Source of the DNA: Gammaproteobacteria bacterium
GTDB lineage: Bacteria > Pseudomonadota > Gammaproteobacteria > Steroidobacterales > Woeseiaceae
Direction: 5' to 3'
DNA: 64,000 nt
Assembly (NCBI GenBank): GCA_029864095.1
Contig: JAOTUB010000001.1
Location: forward strand, 19,082-83,081
Under the pieces are notes generated by a model, which was given only the letters and a program-made list of their open reading frames with translations, ran no database searches and was not told the origin of the DNA. This document shows, in pieces, positions 1 through 9,045 of this stretch. Position numbers and translations under genes: made by a program. Position 1 is the stretch's first letter. Every line of letters starts with the position of its first letter.

Positions 1-695
1 ACCGTCTGGACCAGGCCATCATCGCGCTGCAAGCGGGTGGTTGGTCCGTTAGCGAGGAAAGCCTCTTCACGATGACAGCCATCCTGGATAATCCGGCGGA
101 CTTTCCTGGCGGCGCGGCCGAGTTCGACGGCACCGGGGACCAGGCGTTATTCGTATTGAATACGTATGACATCTTTCCCGACAGCTTGGATCCGCTGTTC
201 ATCTTTGAAACCGCACAGCCGGTGAACAACCAGACGGCCAATATCGATGGCTTTGAGCTCGCCTGGCAGCACTTCTTCGGCGACACCGGTTTCGGGTTCA
301 TGGCCAACGCCACGCTCGTTAATGGTGACATCAAGTTCGACAACGCGGCACCGCCGAACTTCGACCAGTTCGCACTGGAAGGCCTGTCGGACTCGGCGAA
401 TCTGATCCTGGTCTGGGAGAACGATACGTTCGGGGCGCGCATTGCCTACAACTGGCGCGACGATTTCCTCTATAGCACCAATACCGGCAACTTCATCCCG
501 GGTTATTTTGAAGAGCACGGCCAGCTCGACGTCAATTTCAGCTGGAACGTCAGCGAGTCGTTCAATTTGAGCCTGGACGGCATCAATCTTACCGAGGAAG
601 GGATCACGGCGTACGGGCGTACGCCGAACATGACCGATTGGAGCAAGGAATACGACGCGCGCTGGGTGCTGGCGGCACGTTACAACTTCCAGTAG
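1..695 (+). CDS. TonB-dependent receptor, C-terminal portion (5' end lies outside the window)
   Basis: Frame is open from the window edge (track ORF 72..695 is only its tail). Beta-barrel-like strands rich in aromatic/Gly/Asn (GFELAWQHFFGDTGFGFMANATLVNGD, ARIAYNWRDDFLY) and terminal WVLAARYNFQ. A strong hairpin terminator follows. Confidence 0.85.
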   Translation, partial: RLDQAIIALQAGGWSVSEESLFTMTAILDNPADFPGGAAEFDGTGDQALFVLNTYDIFPDSLDPLFIFETAQPVNNQTANIDGFELAWQHFFGDTGFGFMANATLVNGDIKFDNAAPPNFDQFALEGLSDSANLILVWENDTFGARIAYNWRDDFLYSTNTGNFIPGYFEEHGQLDVNFSWNVSESFNLSLDGINLTEEGITAYGRTPNMTDWSKEYDARWVLAARYNFQ

Positions 696-767
696 TCGTA
701 CACGGGTTCCTGCCGGATCTGCGGCGGGAACCCGGGTCACTCCGGAAGCACAAGGACTGCAAGACGA

Positions 768-802
768 GGTTCCCACCGGGTGTCCGGTGGGAACCTTTTT
801 TT
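768..802 (+). terminator. Rho-independent terminator
   Basis: Perfect 12-bp stem GGTTCCCACCGG / CCGGTGGGAACC (768..779 and 784..795), 4-nt loop, then seven T (796..802). Confidence 0.85.
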
Positions 803-867
803 GTCGGCTGTCCTAATCATTTTCTTTGGTCTAATATCCCCCTCTTGTCTCGAACACCGGGCGCCCC

Positions 868-1596
868 ATGACGACGAAGATTCTCAATAATATTGATCAT
901 AAGGATCTGAAGGTCGACGCACGCCCAAACAAGCGCTACGGCGATTACGTCAATCGTGCGGCAGTATTAACCACGGAATATTCCGATCTGCATAAACAAT
1001 TTCCCATCCTTATTTATAAGAGTGATGAAACTCAGGAGCTGGCTAGCCACGCGATACTCGGCTTCGACAAAGACGAAAACCTGTTTATCGAAAACAATGA
1101 GTGGCAAACGCAATGGGTACCGGCCACGCTGGCTCGGGGTCCGTTTTCGATAGGCTACCGAAGCCGCGAAGAACGCGGTGAGGAGTCGACAGAAACACTG
1201 ATCATGGTCGACGAAGAAAACCCGCGCTGCGGGGTCGACGACGGCGAAGCGATATTTCTCGAGTTCGGCGGCGAGACGCCTTATCTGGAATACGTCAGGA
1301 AGGTACTAAAAACAGTCGAGACTGGCCTGCATGTCGACAAGCTGTTTTTCGGCTTGCTGCAGGAACTGGATCTGCTCGAGCCGGTGTCAATCAAGATCAC
1401 GCTCACCGCAGAGAAAGCCGTCGATTTCAATGGCTACCACACAATCAACCGGAATAAGCTGGCAAATCTCGATGGTGACAGTCTGCAGAAATTGAACGCT
1501 GCTGGCGTGCTCGGCCTCATTTTCTTTATCATCTCGTCGCTCGACAACTTTGAGAAAATGATTGCATTGAAAAGCGCCAGGTCGTCCGTGTCCTGA
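868..1596 (+). CDS. SapC family protein
   Basis: 242-aa ORF. N-terminal region (NIDHKDLKV..., FPILIYKSDETQELASHAILGFDKDENLF, ATLARGPFSIGY) matches my memory of SapC-family proteins. Sits in the classic position between a TonB receptor and a cupin/halogenase pair. Confidence 0.75.
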   Translation: MTTKILNNIDHKDLKVDARPNKRYGDYVNRAAVLTTEYSDLHKQFPILIYKSDETQELASHAILGFDKDENLFIENNEWQTQWVPATLARGPFSIGYRSREERGEESTETLIMVDEENPRCGVDDGEAIFLEFGGETPYLEYVRKVLKTVETGLHVDKLFFGLLQELDLLEPVSIKITLTAEKAVDFNGYHTINRNKLANLDGDSLQKLNAAGVLGLIFFIISSLDNFEKMIALKSARSSVS

Positions 1597-1610
1597 GGAC
1601 TTGCAAACTT

Positions 1611-2642
1611 ATGGCAGGCGCTCGAAAAACGGCACACGTTATCGAAGGTATAGCACCGGACAAGATTCCCTTCGACGACCTGTTTGCACTCAACGAGCCG
1701 GTCATCATGCGTGGCCTGGTTGCCGGTTGGCCGCTTGTAGAAGCCGGGCGCCGATCCGCTGAACGAGCCATGCAGTATATGGCAGCCGGATACAGCGGCA
1801 AACCCGCCAAGGTGTATATCGGTGATCCCGATATCAAAGCGAGATTCTACTATGACGAATCGCTCACGGGCCTGAACTATCGCGTGGAAACGATCAGCTT
1901 GCTGGACGCCTTCGCTTCAATCAGCGCAGACCTAAACCGGGCTGAGCACTCATACTATTTCATCCCTTCTCTCGTGTTTGCCGACGGATTCCCGGGCCTG
2001 GACAGTGACAACAAACTGATCTTCGATCACGAGATTTTCCAACGCGTCGCCCTCACAAAGAAAAGCTGGATCGGTACCGAGTCCATAACAGGGGCACACT
2101 TCGACCTCCCGAGTAACCTCGCGTGTTGCGCCGTTGGCAGGAGGCGGTTTACGCTGTTTCCGCCCGATCAGGTTCATAACCTGTATCCCGGGCCATTCCA
2201 TCTCACCCCCGGCGGTCAGGTGACCACCATGGTGGACTTGAGAAACCCGGACTTCGAAGCCTATCCACGATTCGCCGCAGCGCTGGACGCTTCTGTAGTC
2301 GCGGACCTGGAGCCCGGCGACGGGCTCTACTATCCGAGTATGTGGTGGCACGAAGTCGAATCGAAGGACCGTTTCAACGCCATGATTAACCACTGGTGGT
2401 ATGCATCCCCACGTTACATGGCAGACCCGATGGACGTATTGATGCATGCCATATTGGGACTACGTGATCGCCCGGAACGCGAGAAACAGGCCTGGCGCGA
2501 GTTGTTCGACTACTACATTTTCGGACCTGCCGACAAGCCCAGGGCCCACCTGCCCGAGGCCTGCCACGGTGTACTGGCAGAACTCGACGAAACCATGGCC
2601 AGACGATTGCGAGCGACGCTGCAACAAACCCTGAACCGATGA
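1611..2642 (+). CDS. Cupin-like / JmjC-type (Cupin_8) putative Fe(II)/2OG hydroxylase
   Basis: 343-aa ORF starting 14 nt after SapC. Candidate HxD...H triad (GAHFDLP ... SMWWHEVES) in a double-stranded beta-helix context. Stop directly abuts the halogenase ORF. Confidence 0.75.
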   Translation: MAGARKTAHVIEGIAPDKIPFDDLFALNEPVIMRGLVAGWPLVEAGRRSAERAMQYMAAGYSGKPAKVYIGDPDIKARFYYDESLTGLNYRVETISLLDAFASISADLNRAEHSYYFIPSLVFADGFPGLDSDNKLIFDHEIFQRVALTKKSWIGTESITGAHFDLPSNLACCAVGRRRFTLFPPDQVHNLYPGPFHLTPGGQVTTMVDLRNPDFEAYPRFAAALDASVVADLEPGDGLYYPSMWWHEVESKDRFNAMINHWWYASPRYMADPMDVLMHAILGLRDRPEREKQAWRELFDYYIFGPADKPRAHLPEACHGVLAELDETMARRLRATLQQTLNR

Positions 2643-2660
2643 TTGAGGGATATTCGTCAT

Positions 2661-4166
2661 ATGCAGCGAGCCGATAAGACAAAAGTGATTGTAGCCGGAG
2701 GGGGAACGGCCGGTTGGCTGACCGCCTACAGCTTGGCCAAACGACTCGGCAAATTGCTCGATCTCACACTGATCGAGTCTGACCAGATCGGCACCGTCGG
2801 CGTCGGTGAAGCTACGATTCCGAGCATGAAGGTTTTTCACCAGCTCGTCGAAATCGATGAACAAGCGTTCATGCGGGCCACCCAGGCCACGTTCAAGCTG
2901 GGCATCAGCCTGGAAAACTGGGCGAACATTGGCGACAAATATATACACAGCTTCGGCGTTCTCGGCCAGAGCACTTGGATGGCCGAATTCCATGAGTTCT
3001 GGCTCGAGGGACGTGCGCAGGGTTTCGCCGGGCCACTTGACGACTATTGTCTCGAATTGAAGGCCGCCAAACGGGAAAAGTTTGCCACCGAAGTGAACAA
3101 GATGCCGCTCCTTTATGCGTATCACCTCGATGCGACGGCCTACGCAAAGTACCTTCGCCAACAGAGCGAGGCGCTTGGCGTCAGGCGAATCGAAGGCAAG
3201 ATTGCTGGCGTGGATACGGATCCCGAAACCGGGAACATTGCGGCGCTGCAGCTGGACGGCGATGTAGGCCTCGCCGGCGACGTGTTCATCGACTGTACGG
3301 GCTTTCGAGCGTTGTTGATCGGCGAGTACCTGGGGGTCGGTTTCGAAGACTGGAGTCACTGGCTGGCATCCGATCGAGCGATCGCCGTGCAATCTGACGC
3401 GGCTGAAGCGCCGCGACCGTACACCCGGTCTATCGCGCATCCTGCCGGCTGGCAGTGGCGCATTCCCCTACAGAACCGGGTTGGTAACGGCATGATCTAC
3501 TGCAGCAAGTATTTGTCGGATGACGAAGCGAAACAGACGCTGTTCGATAATTTGCCGGCAGAACCTCTCACCGATCCTCTCATGCTGCGATTTACGACCG
3601 GCCGCCGGTACAAGTCCTGGCACAAGAACTGTATTGCCATCGGCTTGTCGAGCGGCTTCCTGGAGCCCCTCGAGTCAACGGCCATTCACCTGATCACTAC
3701 CGCGATAGCGCGGCTAATGCGCCTGTTTCCGTTTTCGGGCAACACGGAACGGCTGGCCGCAGAGTTCAATCAGCTGACCAATCTGGAGCTCGAGGCGGTG
3801 CGGGATTTTGTGATCATGCATTACAAGTTGACGCAGCGAGACGATAGCGACTTTTGGAATGCCTATCGCACGATGGACATCCCCGAGAGCCTTGCCCATA
3901 GAATGGCCATCTTCCAGGAAAACGGCTACACATCTTCCGACGACGCGGGCCTATTTCATGTCACATCCTGGGTACAGGTCATGATGGGTCAGGGCCTTTA
4001 CCCGGAGCAACATCACGGCGCGGGCCAAATACTGGCACCGGCCGGCCTCAAAGAGCAACTCGACATCATCAAACGGTCAGTCGACATGAAATTCAGCAAA
4101 CTGCCGAGCCATCAAGACTTCATTAACAAGTATTGTCCGGCTCCAATGGCCGCAAGCTCCAACTGA
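2661..4166 (+). CDS. Flavin-dependent tryptophan-halogenase-family protein
   Basis: ATG 2661 preceded by GAGGGA (the track ORF starts at TTG 2643). FAD fold VIVAGGGTAGW. WxWxIP motif GWQWRIP (3450..3467). Conserved Lys context ATFKLGIS. About 500 aa, as expected for the family. Confidence 0.85.
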   Translation: MQRADKTKVIVAGGGTAGWLTAYSLAKRLGKLLDLTLIESDQIGTVGVGEATIPSMKVFHQLVEIDEQAFMRATQATFKLGISLENWANIGDKYIHSFGVLGQSTWMAEFHEFWLEGRAQGFAGPLDDYCLELKAAKREKFATEVNKMPLLYAYHLDATAYAKYLRQQSEALGVRRIEGKIAGVDTDPETGNIAALQLDGDVGLAGDVFIDCTGFRALLIGEYLGVGFEDWSHWLASDRAIAVQSDAAEAPRPYTRSIAHPAGWQWRIPLQNRVGNGMIYCSKYLSDDEAKQTLFDNLPAEPLTDPLMLRFTTGRRYKSWHKNCIAIGLSSGFLEPLESTAIHLITTAIARLMRLFPFSGNTERLAAEFNQLTNLELEAVRDFVIMHYKLTQRDDSDFWNAYRTMDIPESLAHRMAIFQENGYTSSDDAGLFHVTSWVQVMMGQGLYPEQHHGAGQILAPAGLKEQLDIIKRSVDMKFSKLPSHQDFINKYCPAPMAASSN

Positions 4167-4177
4167 ATAGGTCGGCA

Positions 4178-4933
4178 CTAGACCGCACCACCGGCGACGT
4201 CTTTCGGCCTCACCCCGGCGAACAGGTTGAGCGTGAGTCGTCCCCGCGTCGGGACGCTTGTCAGCAGGTCAGGCCGTGTTATGTGTGCGCTATGAGGTAT
4301 CCCGCCGGAGTAGAAGACCGCCCGGTTGAACTTGGCCGGCATTGCCGCCAGTAATTCCGCGATATCGTTGGAGGCGGTCATGTATTCCGGCGGCTTGCGG
4401 TAATGCTCGGAATGCTCTCGCAGGTATTCGAGCGCAGCGTCGATATCGTGCAATGCCAGTTCATACGCGCGGACGGCAATGTCTTTCGCCTTCCAGCGGA
4501 AGAAGCCCGTACCGCCGAGTTCGGGATTGGCGAACAAATAGACGATGCCGGCGTAGGTATGGTGGATGGGACTAATGCGTGGATCGATATGGCACATGCG
4601 GTGATAGGGCGACAGTTCCTCGGGCTTGAGCGCCAGGTTGGACAGGAAGGCCTTCAGCTTGATGTCGGCACGGTGAAACCGAAACACTCTGCTCAAATTC
4701 GAGCGTATGAATCGCCGCAGGTCCTGAATGGCTGACTCCTCGATATCCCGACCGCGGCAAGGGTGACCCACAGGCTTCGAGACGAACTCGCCTGCATATT
4801 CCGCAACGTTGGCGACCAGGTTGTGCGGGTCCGCGAGGAAATCATCTACAACCGCGATACTTATGCCGTCATCGAAATCGTGCAACCTGATGTCGGGATT
4901 AGGGGCAATTCGAATGACCGGCAGTTCTGCCAT
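4178..4933 (-). CDS. Hypothetical protein, possible 2OG/Fe(II)-oxygenase-like fold
   Basis: 251-aa ORF with a GGAG-type RBS upstream of ATG 4933. Candidate HxD...H...R pattern (MCHIDP ... IPHSAHITR). Convergent with the halogenase, 11 nt between stops. Family not recognised with certainty. Confidence 0.5.
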   Translation of the reverse strand: MAELPVIRIAPNPDIRLHDFDDGISIAVVDDFLADPHNLVANVAEYAGEFVSKPVGHPCRGRDIEESAIQDLRRFIRSNLSRVFRFHRADIKLKAFLSNLALKPEELSPYHRMCHIDPRISPIHHTYAGIVYLFANPELGGTGFFRWKAKDIAVRAYELALHDIDAALEYLREHSEHYRKPPEYMTASNDIAELLAAMPAKFNRAVFYSGGIPHSAHITRPDLLTSVPTRGRLTLNLFAGVRPKDVAGGAV

Positions 4934-5009
4934 AGCGCTATCTATTGCTCCGTGCCCTTGTCCATTAACCTGCCAGTGGGTGCCCCCAACCGCGAATTAC
5001 AGAAAAATC

Positions 5010-5990
5010 CTACCGGATACCATCCCAAAACAGCTCCATCCGGCGGCGCGTCGCTTCGTCCGGGAGCGCGCCGCGGCCGGCCATCTGATTATCTATCATA
5101 TGTTCCAGGTCCGTAGTGCCCGGTATGACGCAAGTAACCGCCGGGTGCGAAATGATGTACTTGAGGAAGAATTGTCCCCAGGTCGTGGCGCCGAACTCGG
5201 CCGCCCAGTCAGGAACCTCGCGCCCACCGATGCTGGCAAACAGGGAACTACCTCGACCGCCGAAAGGCACCGCAACCATGACTGCGATCCCGAGCTCTGC
5301 GGCGAGCGGCAGGACGTCGCTCGCCGTATCACGGTTGCCGATTGAGTAATCTATCTGCAAGAAGTCGATCGGGTATTCTCGCATATACTCCATAACCTGC
5401 GGATGCTGGGCGCGCTGCACGCTGGTTATGCCGATGTACCTGGCCCTGCCCTGCTGCTTCAGGTCGAGCATCAGGGGCATCAGAGGTTCGACGCTACTGA
5501 CGAAATGCGCGAATAGCAGATTGACACGTTCCATCTGGAGCCAGTCGAGAGAGCGTTCGAAACTCGTTGCGGCAGTTATCGCACCCGGTCCCGGTGCCGC
5601 TCGCGGACCCCGAAATTGCGCGCCGGCCGCGTTGAACTTGGTCGCCACGAACATCTTGTCCTGCAATCCCAGGTCCTTGAGGGCCTGACCAATCACCTCT
5701 TCGCTGCCACTGTACATCGCAGCCGTATCGACAACACGGCCGCCCATCTCGTACATCTTTGACAAGACAGTGCTGACTGTCTCTAAACCGGCGCGGCCGA
5801 AGCGGTTGGTGCCAACCCCCATGACCGGAAGTACCTCGCCTGTCGATGGTATGCGCCGGCACACTTTGTCTTCGCACGAGGACTCGGCAATGGTGCCGCT
5901 GCCCAGACCGGGGAGTGCCAGGCCGAGACCTGCCATCGCTCCGGCCTGCAGCACTTGTCGCCGGGATATCTCATCTGATTTACGAGTCAT
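5010..5990 (-). CDS. Aldo/keto reductase with twin-arginine (Tat) signal
   Basis: Internal ATG 5990 preceded by GGAG. Tat motif EISRRQVLQAGAMAGLGLALPG. AKR-like body (GTNRFG, VDTAAMYSGSEEVIG, FVATKF, YIGITS). The longer track ORF (to 6080) adds an unlikely N-terminal extension. Confidence 0.8.
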   Translation of the reverse strand: MTRKSDEISRRQVLQAGAMAGLGLALPGLGSGTIAESSCEDKVCRRIPSTGEVLPVMGVGTNRFGRAGLETVSTVLSKMYEMGGRVVDTAAMYSGSEEVIGQALKDLGLQDKMFVATKFNAAGAQFRGPRAAPGPGAITAATSFERSLDWLQMERVNLLFAHFVSSVEPLMPLMLDLKQQGRARYIGITSVQRAQHPQVMEYMREYPIDFLQIDYSIGNRDTASDVLPLAAELGIAVMVAVPFGGRGSSLFASIGGREVPDWAAEFGATTWGQFFLKYIISHPAVTCVIPGTTDLEHMIDNQMAGRGALPDEATRRRMELFWDGIR

Positions 5991-6203
5991 TTTGGTCTCC
6001 TGCAATATCTGTATTTTTCGAAATTCGTTGCTTATTGCGGCAAACCGGGCCCACAGAGTTCGTACTCTCGTTCGCGACAAGACTGCGCCGCCTGCGGCGC
6101 CGGTCCGGTACGTTGGATCAGGCTGGCATCAAAAATTTTTGTCTCGCCTGCCAGCGGCACCGAAAATCAAGCTGTGACATTACAAGGTAAAACTGCTTCG
6201 CGA

Positions 6204-6932
6204 TCAACGGACCGTCTGCGGGGTTGCCGTCTCACGCAGCCGAAAGTGGTACTCGTAATGGACCCCGTTGCGGTCCCGCGTATTTGAGCGAAGCAGGTAA
6301 AGTCCTTCCACGATGTGAGCGAAGCGCACCGGGCCGACGTCGACGACTTCGTAGCCAAGCGCTTCGACCAGCCCCGCGACCTTTCGCTTGGCGGTCGCAT
6401 CATTGCCAACGAGCGGTATCGTGACCGGGTGACCATTCACGTGCGGATCGAGCATCGTGTCCATGCTGATCGTATTGAAGGCTTTGACGACGAAAGCGCC
6501 GGGTGCCAGATTCTGGATCCGCTCGGCATTCGACGCCGTACCCGGATAGTCCCGGTAGCCGTCGTCGGCAATGACGCGCGGATTGACCGGATCGATGATG
6601 ATTTTGCCTGACAAGTCACCGAGGCCCTTTATGACGTCTTCAGCGACTTCCCAGGGCACATTGAGCATGACGATGTCAGCCTGGGCGGCCGCCTCATGAG
6701 GCAATGCTGCGGACGCGTCGCCGCCGGCCGCCTCGACCATCGCTTTGACGACATCGCGGTCAGGTGACCGGGAGCCGTAGATCACCCGATGCCCCAGCGC
6801 GGCGTAGCGCGGACCGAAGGCCGCCGAGACGTCGCCGGTGCCTATCAGGGCAATTGTCTCGGCATGGCCGCCAAGTGGCACAGCAAATGCCAGGAAAAGA
6901 AAGCTCAGCGCGAGCAATTGGCGTATAGACAT
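6204..6932 (-). CDS. NADP oxidoreductase, coenzyme-F420-dependent-like (Rossmann fold) with N-terminal signal/anchor
   Basis: Start ATG 6932 lies 1 nt after the stop of the upstream gene. Hydrophobic leader MSIRQLLALSFLFLAFAVPLGGHA, then the dinucleotide fold IALIGTGDVSAAFGPRYAALGHRVIYGSRSP. Confidence 0.7.
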   Translation of the reverse strand: MSIRQLLALSFLFLAFAVPLGGHAETIALIGTGDVSAAFGPRYAALGHRVIYGSRSPDRDVVKAMVEAAGGDASAALPHEAAAQADIVMLNVPWEVAEDVIKGLGDLSGKIIIDPVNPRVIADDGYRDYPGTASNAERIQNLAPGAFVVKAFNTISMDTMLDPHVNGHPVTIPLVGNDATAKRKVAGLVEALGYEVVDVGPVRFAHIVEGLYLLRSNTRDRNGVHYEYHFRLRETATPQTVR

Positions 6933-6933
6933 A

Positions 6934-8487
6934 TTACAAACCCACGATGTCACGGGCCGCGCCCGTCAATTCAACGATGTGCAGGCCCGAACCCGCGCGA
7001 TCCACAGCAAATATATAGCCGCGGCTGTCCAGATCCACGTTATTCGTCTGGATCACGCGCTTGCAGCGGCGGGTTCCATCGACGTTTGAGCACGTCTCCG
7101 CGGTGGTCTCGTTGACCTCCGGGACGAAGTAACCGACCTCTACCGGGCGGAAAGGATTGCGGATATCGACGGCGCGTATGCCGCCGCTGAAGTACGACAC
7201 CACCATCAGTCTCTTATCGAACGCGGGATGGTAGGCATCGTTAATGGAATGCGGTCCGAAGCGTCCCCCGCGGCTGCAGAAGTCACCAGGATTGGCATCG
7301 GCCTGATACGTTGAGATCACGAACGGATGTGCCTCGTCGGTGATGTCCATGATGAACACGACGTCACGTGGGCTGAGGCAGGCGCCTCCACCGACTTCTG
7401 ACGGGACAATGAGGAGGTCCCGCGAAGGCAGCGCGCGGTCGTTGCTGTAGTCGGGGATCGGTACGTCGAAGATCGGCTTCGCTGTATGCGCACCCCAGTA
7501 AGACGGCATGTCGACTCGCGCGATTTGGGGAAACCGAAGGCTTTGCGTCGTCGGTGCCATGGGGCTGTCGACCGACGGATCACCATTCAGCAATTTGTCG
7601 CGGTCAAGAATCTGGATCACGCCGTTGGCGCCGCTCTCGTAACCCAGGTAGACCCTGTCGCCCACGACGAATGGCTGATGCAGCCCGCCGATCCCGGGCG
7701 CCGGCATGGGACCCTCGGCACCGGGTTGCCAACCGTCGAGGCCGAAATCGCGAATATGACGCGGGGCTTCCGGTTCGCTGAGATCGAAAGCCTGAAGCAG
7801 CCGTGTGACGAGCCAACCATCTGCCGTGCCGTTGAAGTAACCGATACCGGATTCGCAATCCCAGAACAGTTTGTGTGTCTCTCGCGAGCCGCGCTGCGAT
7901 TCCGGGCGCGGCGACACGCCGGTTTCACCGACGTAGGAAAGGGACTGCGGTGAAGTCGGATCCGTGACATCCATGATTTCATAACCGAGGTTGCCGTCGG
8001 TCCGCGCCAGGTAGGTGCGATCGGGATCGCCATTGGGCAGCACGGCGCCATCGCATATCTGAACGTGCTGTGAATGGCTCGCATCCGGACTTGTCGGCGG
8101 TCGATGCAGGAGCAACTCCGGCGATCCCGGGTCCGTTACGTCGAGCACCGACAGACCATTGACTTCGACCTCGTTCGTCATCGGGTTCATGGCTTCACCC
8201 GCATGGTGCCCGACAAACAGGATCGTACGGTCGCCAAAGTTATGGGCGACGGAGTGGTACGCCGGACGGCCCTGCAGGTCTTGGCGGCCAACCAGTGCCA
8301 TGTTCCAGGCTTCCGGCGCTGTGCGTCCGGCCGTCGGCACGGGCCCCGCCGGCGCCTCCGTTGCGAGCGACGCCGCTCCCGCATCAGCCGCCGGTTCGTG
8401 TGACCTGTCGCAGCCCGCCAGCGCCGGCGCACAGGCAATGGTGAGCGCCCAGGCGCGGGCCACAGAGCCGGTAAATCGAGAAAACAC
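6934..8487 (-). CDS. Lipoprotein with LVIVD-type beta-propeller repeats
   Basis: Lipobox in MFSRFTGSVARAWALTIACAPALAGC. Repeated units of the form x-D-V/I-T/R-D/N-P-x-x-P (SVLDVTDPGSPELL, EIMDVTDPTSPQ, RAVDIRNPFRPVEVGYF) and GYIFAVDRAGSGLHIVEL. Confidence 0.65.
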   Translation of the reverse strand: MFSRFTGSVARAWALTIACAPALAGCDRSHEPAADAGAASLATEAPAGPVPTAGRTAPEAWNMALVGRQDLQGRPAYHSVAHNFGDRTILFVGHHAGEAMNPMTNEVEVNGLSVLDVTDPGSPELLLHRPPTSPDASHSQHVQICDGAVLPNGDPDRTYLARTDGNLGYEIMDVTDPTSPQSLSYVGETGVSPRPESQRGSRETHKLFWDCESGIGYFNGTADGWLVTRLLQAFDLSEPEAPRHIRDFGLDGWQPGAEGPMPAPGIGGLHQPFVVGDRVYLGYESGANGVIQILDRDKLLNGDPSVDSPMAPTTQSLRFPQIARVDMPSYWGAHTAKPIFDVPIPDYSNDRALPSRDLLIVPSEVGGGACLSPRDVVFIMDITDEAHPFVISTYQADANPGDFCSRGGRFGPHSINDAYHPAFDKRLMVVSYFSGGIRAVDIRNPFRPVEVGYFVPEVNETTAETCSNVDGTRRCKRVIQTNNVDLDSRGYIFAVDRAGSGLHIVELTGAARDIVGL

Positions 8488-9045
8488 TGTTGATGGACTT
8501 CCTATTGTAAGTTCATGCCCCGCCCGAAGTGTTTCTCTCTACGAGAGTCGGCCGGCAGATAAGACTAGCATTCGATTGGCAAAATTGTACATAATAAACA
8601 GTTAATCTGCACCAGGTTATACTGGCAGCACCGTCCCCCGCGTCCTGGCGCCATCGTGCTCAAGGGATCATGAGCCACGCGCGGTCTTGATCTGCGACGG
8701 GGACGACGACACCGGGGTAAAGAATCCTGTGCGAAACGAAATGATTCTTGGTCATTTGCACGCTATGATTTCACGCATCCGCGACACCCTTGCCCGTATG
8801 TGGGGCGCGGCGATCCGGGCTGCGCCGATGCCCACAGCGGCGAGATCCGCAAGGCCGGACGTGCGTCGGCCACTGCACTTCGGAAAATATGGCAGCGGCC
8901 AGGGCTTATTGAATATAGAATACAATTTTTTGAACCTGATCGCGGTCAGCCGGTCTATTTTGGGAAATCTTCCTGCTGTTCCGAGTGCCCCGGCATTTCC
9001 AGAGACGGCGCAATCCGGGGCGGTAAGGTCTTGGGATCAATATCA

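Noticed and set aside
8690-9045. Possible cobalamin riboswitch upstream of the TonB receptor (GCCACTG at 8869..8875, GGCGAGATCCGC at 8839..8850, GGGTAAAGAATCC near 8715..8727).
   Set aside because: Only fragments of the consensus are present. I could not find the GGGAA element or a convincing B12 box in the right order and spacing, and the receptor is larger than typical BtuB. It needs an Infernal scan before any claim.
8800-9045. N-terminal 82-codon extension of the TonB receptor as given in the ORF track; likewise the extensions at 41605..41799, 26240..26299, 49494..49637, 5991..6080 and 15738..15833.
   Set aside because: The extensions precede obvious signal peptides, have odd composition and often overlap the upstream gene. 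Internal ATGs with RBS-like purine tracts give canonical exported N-termini.
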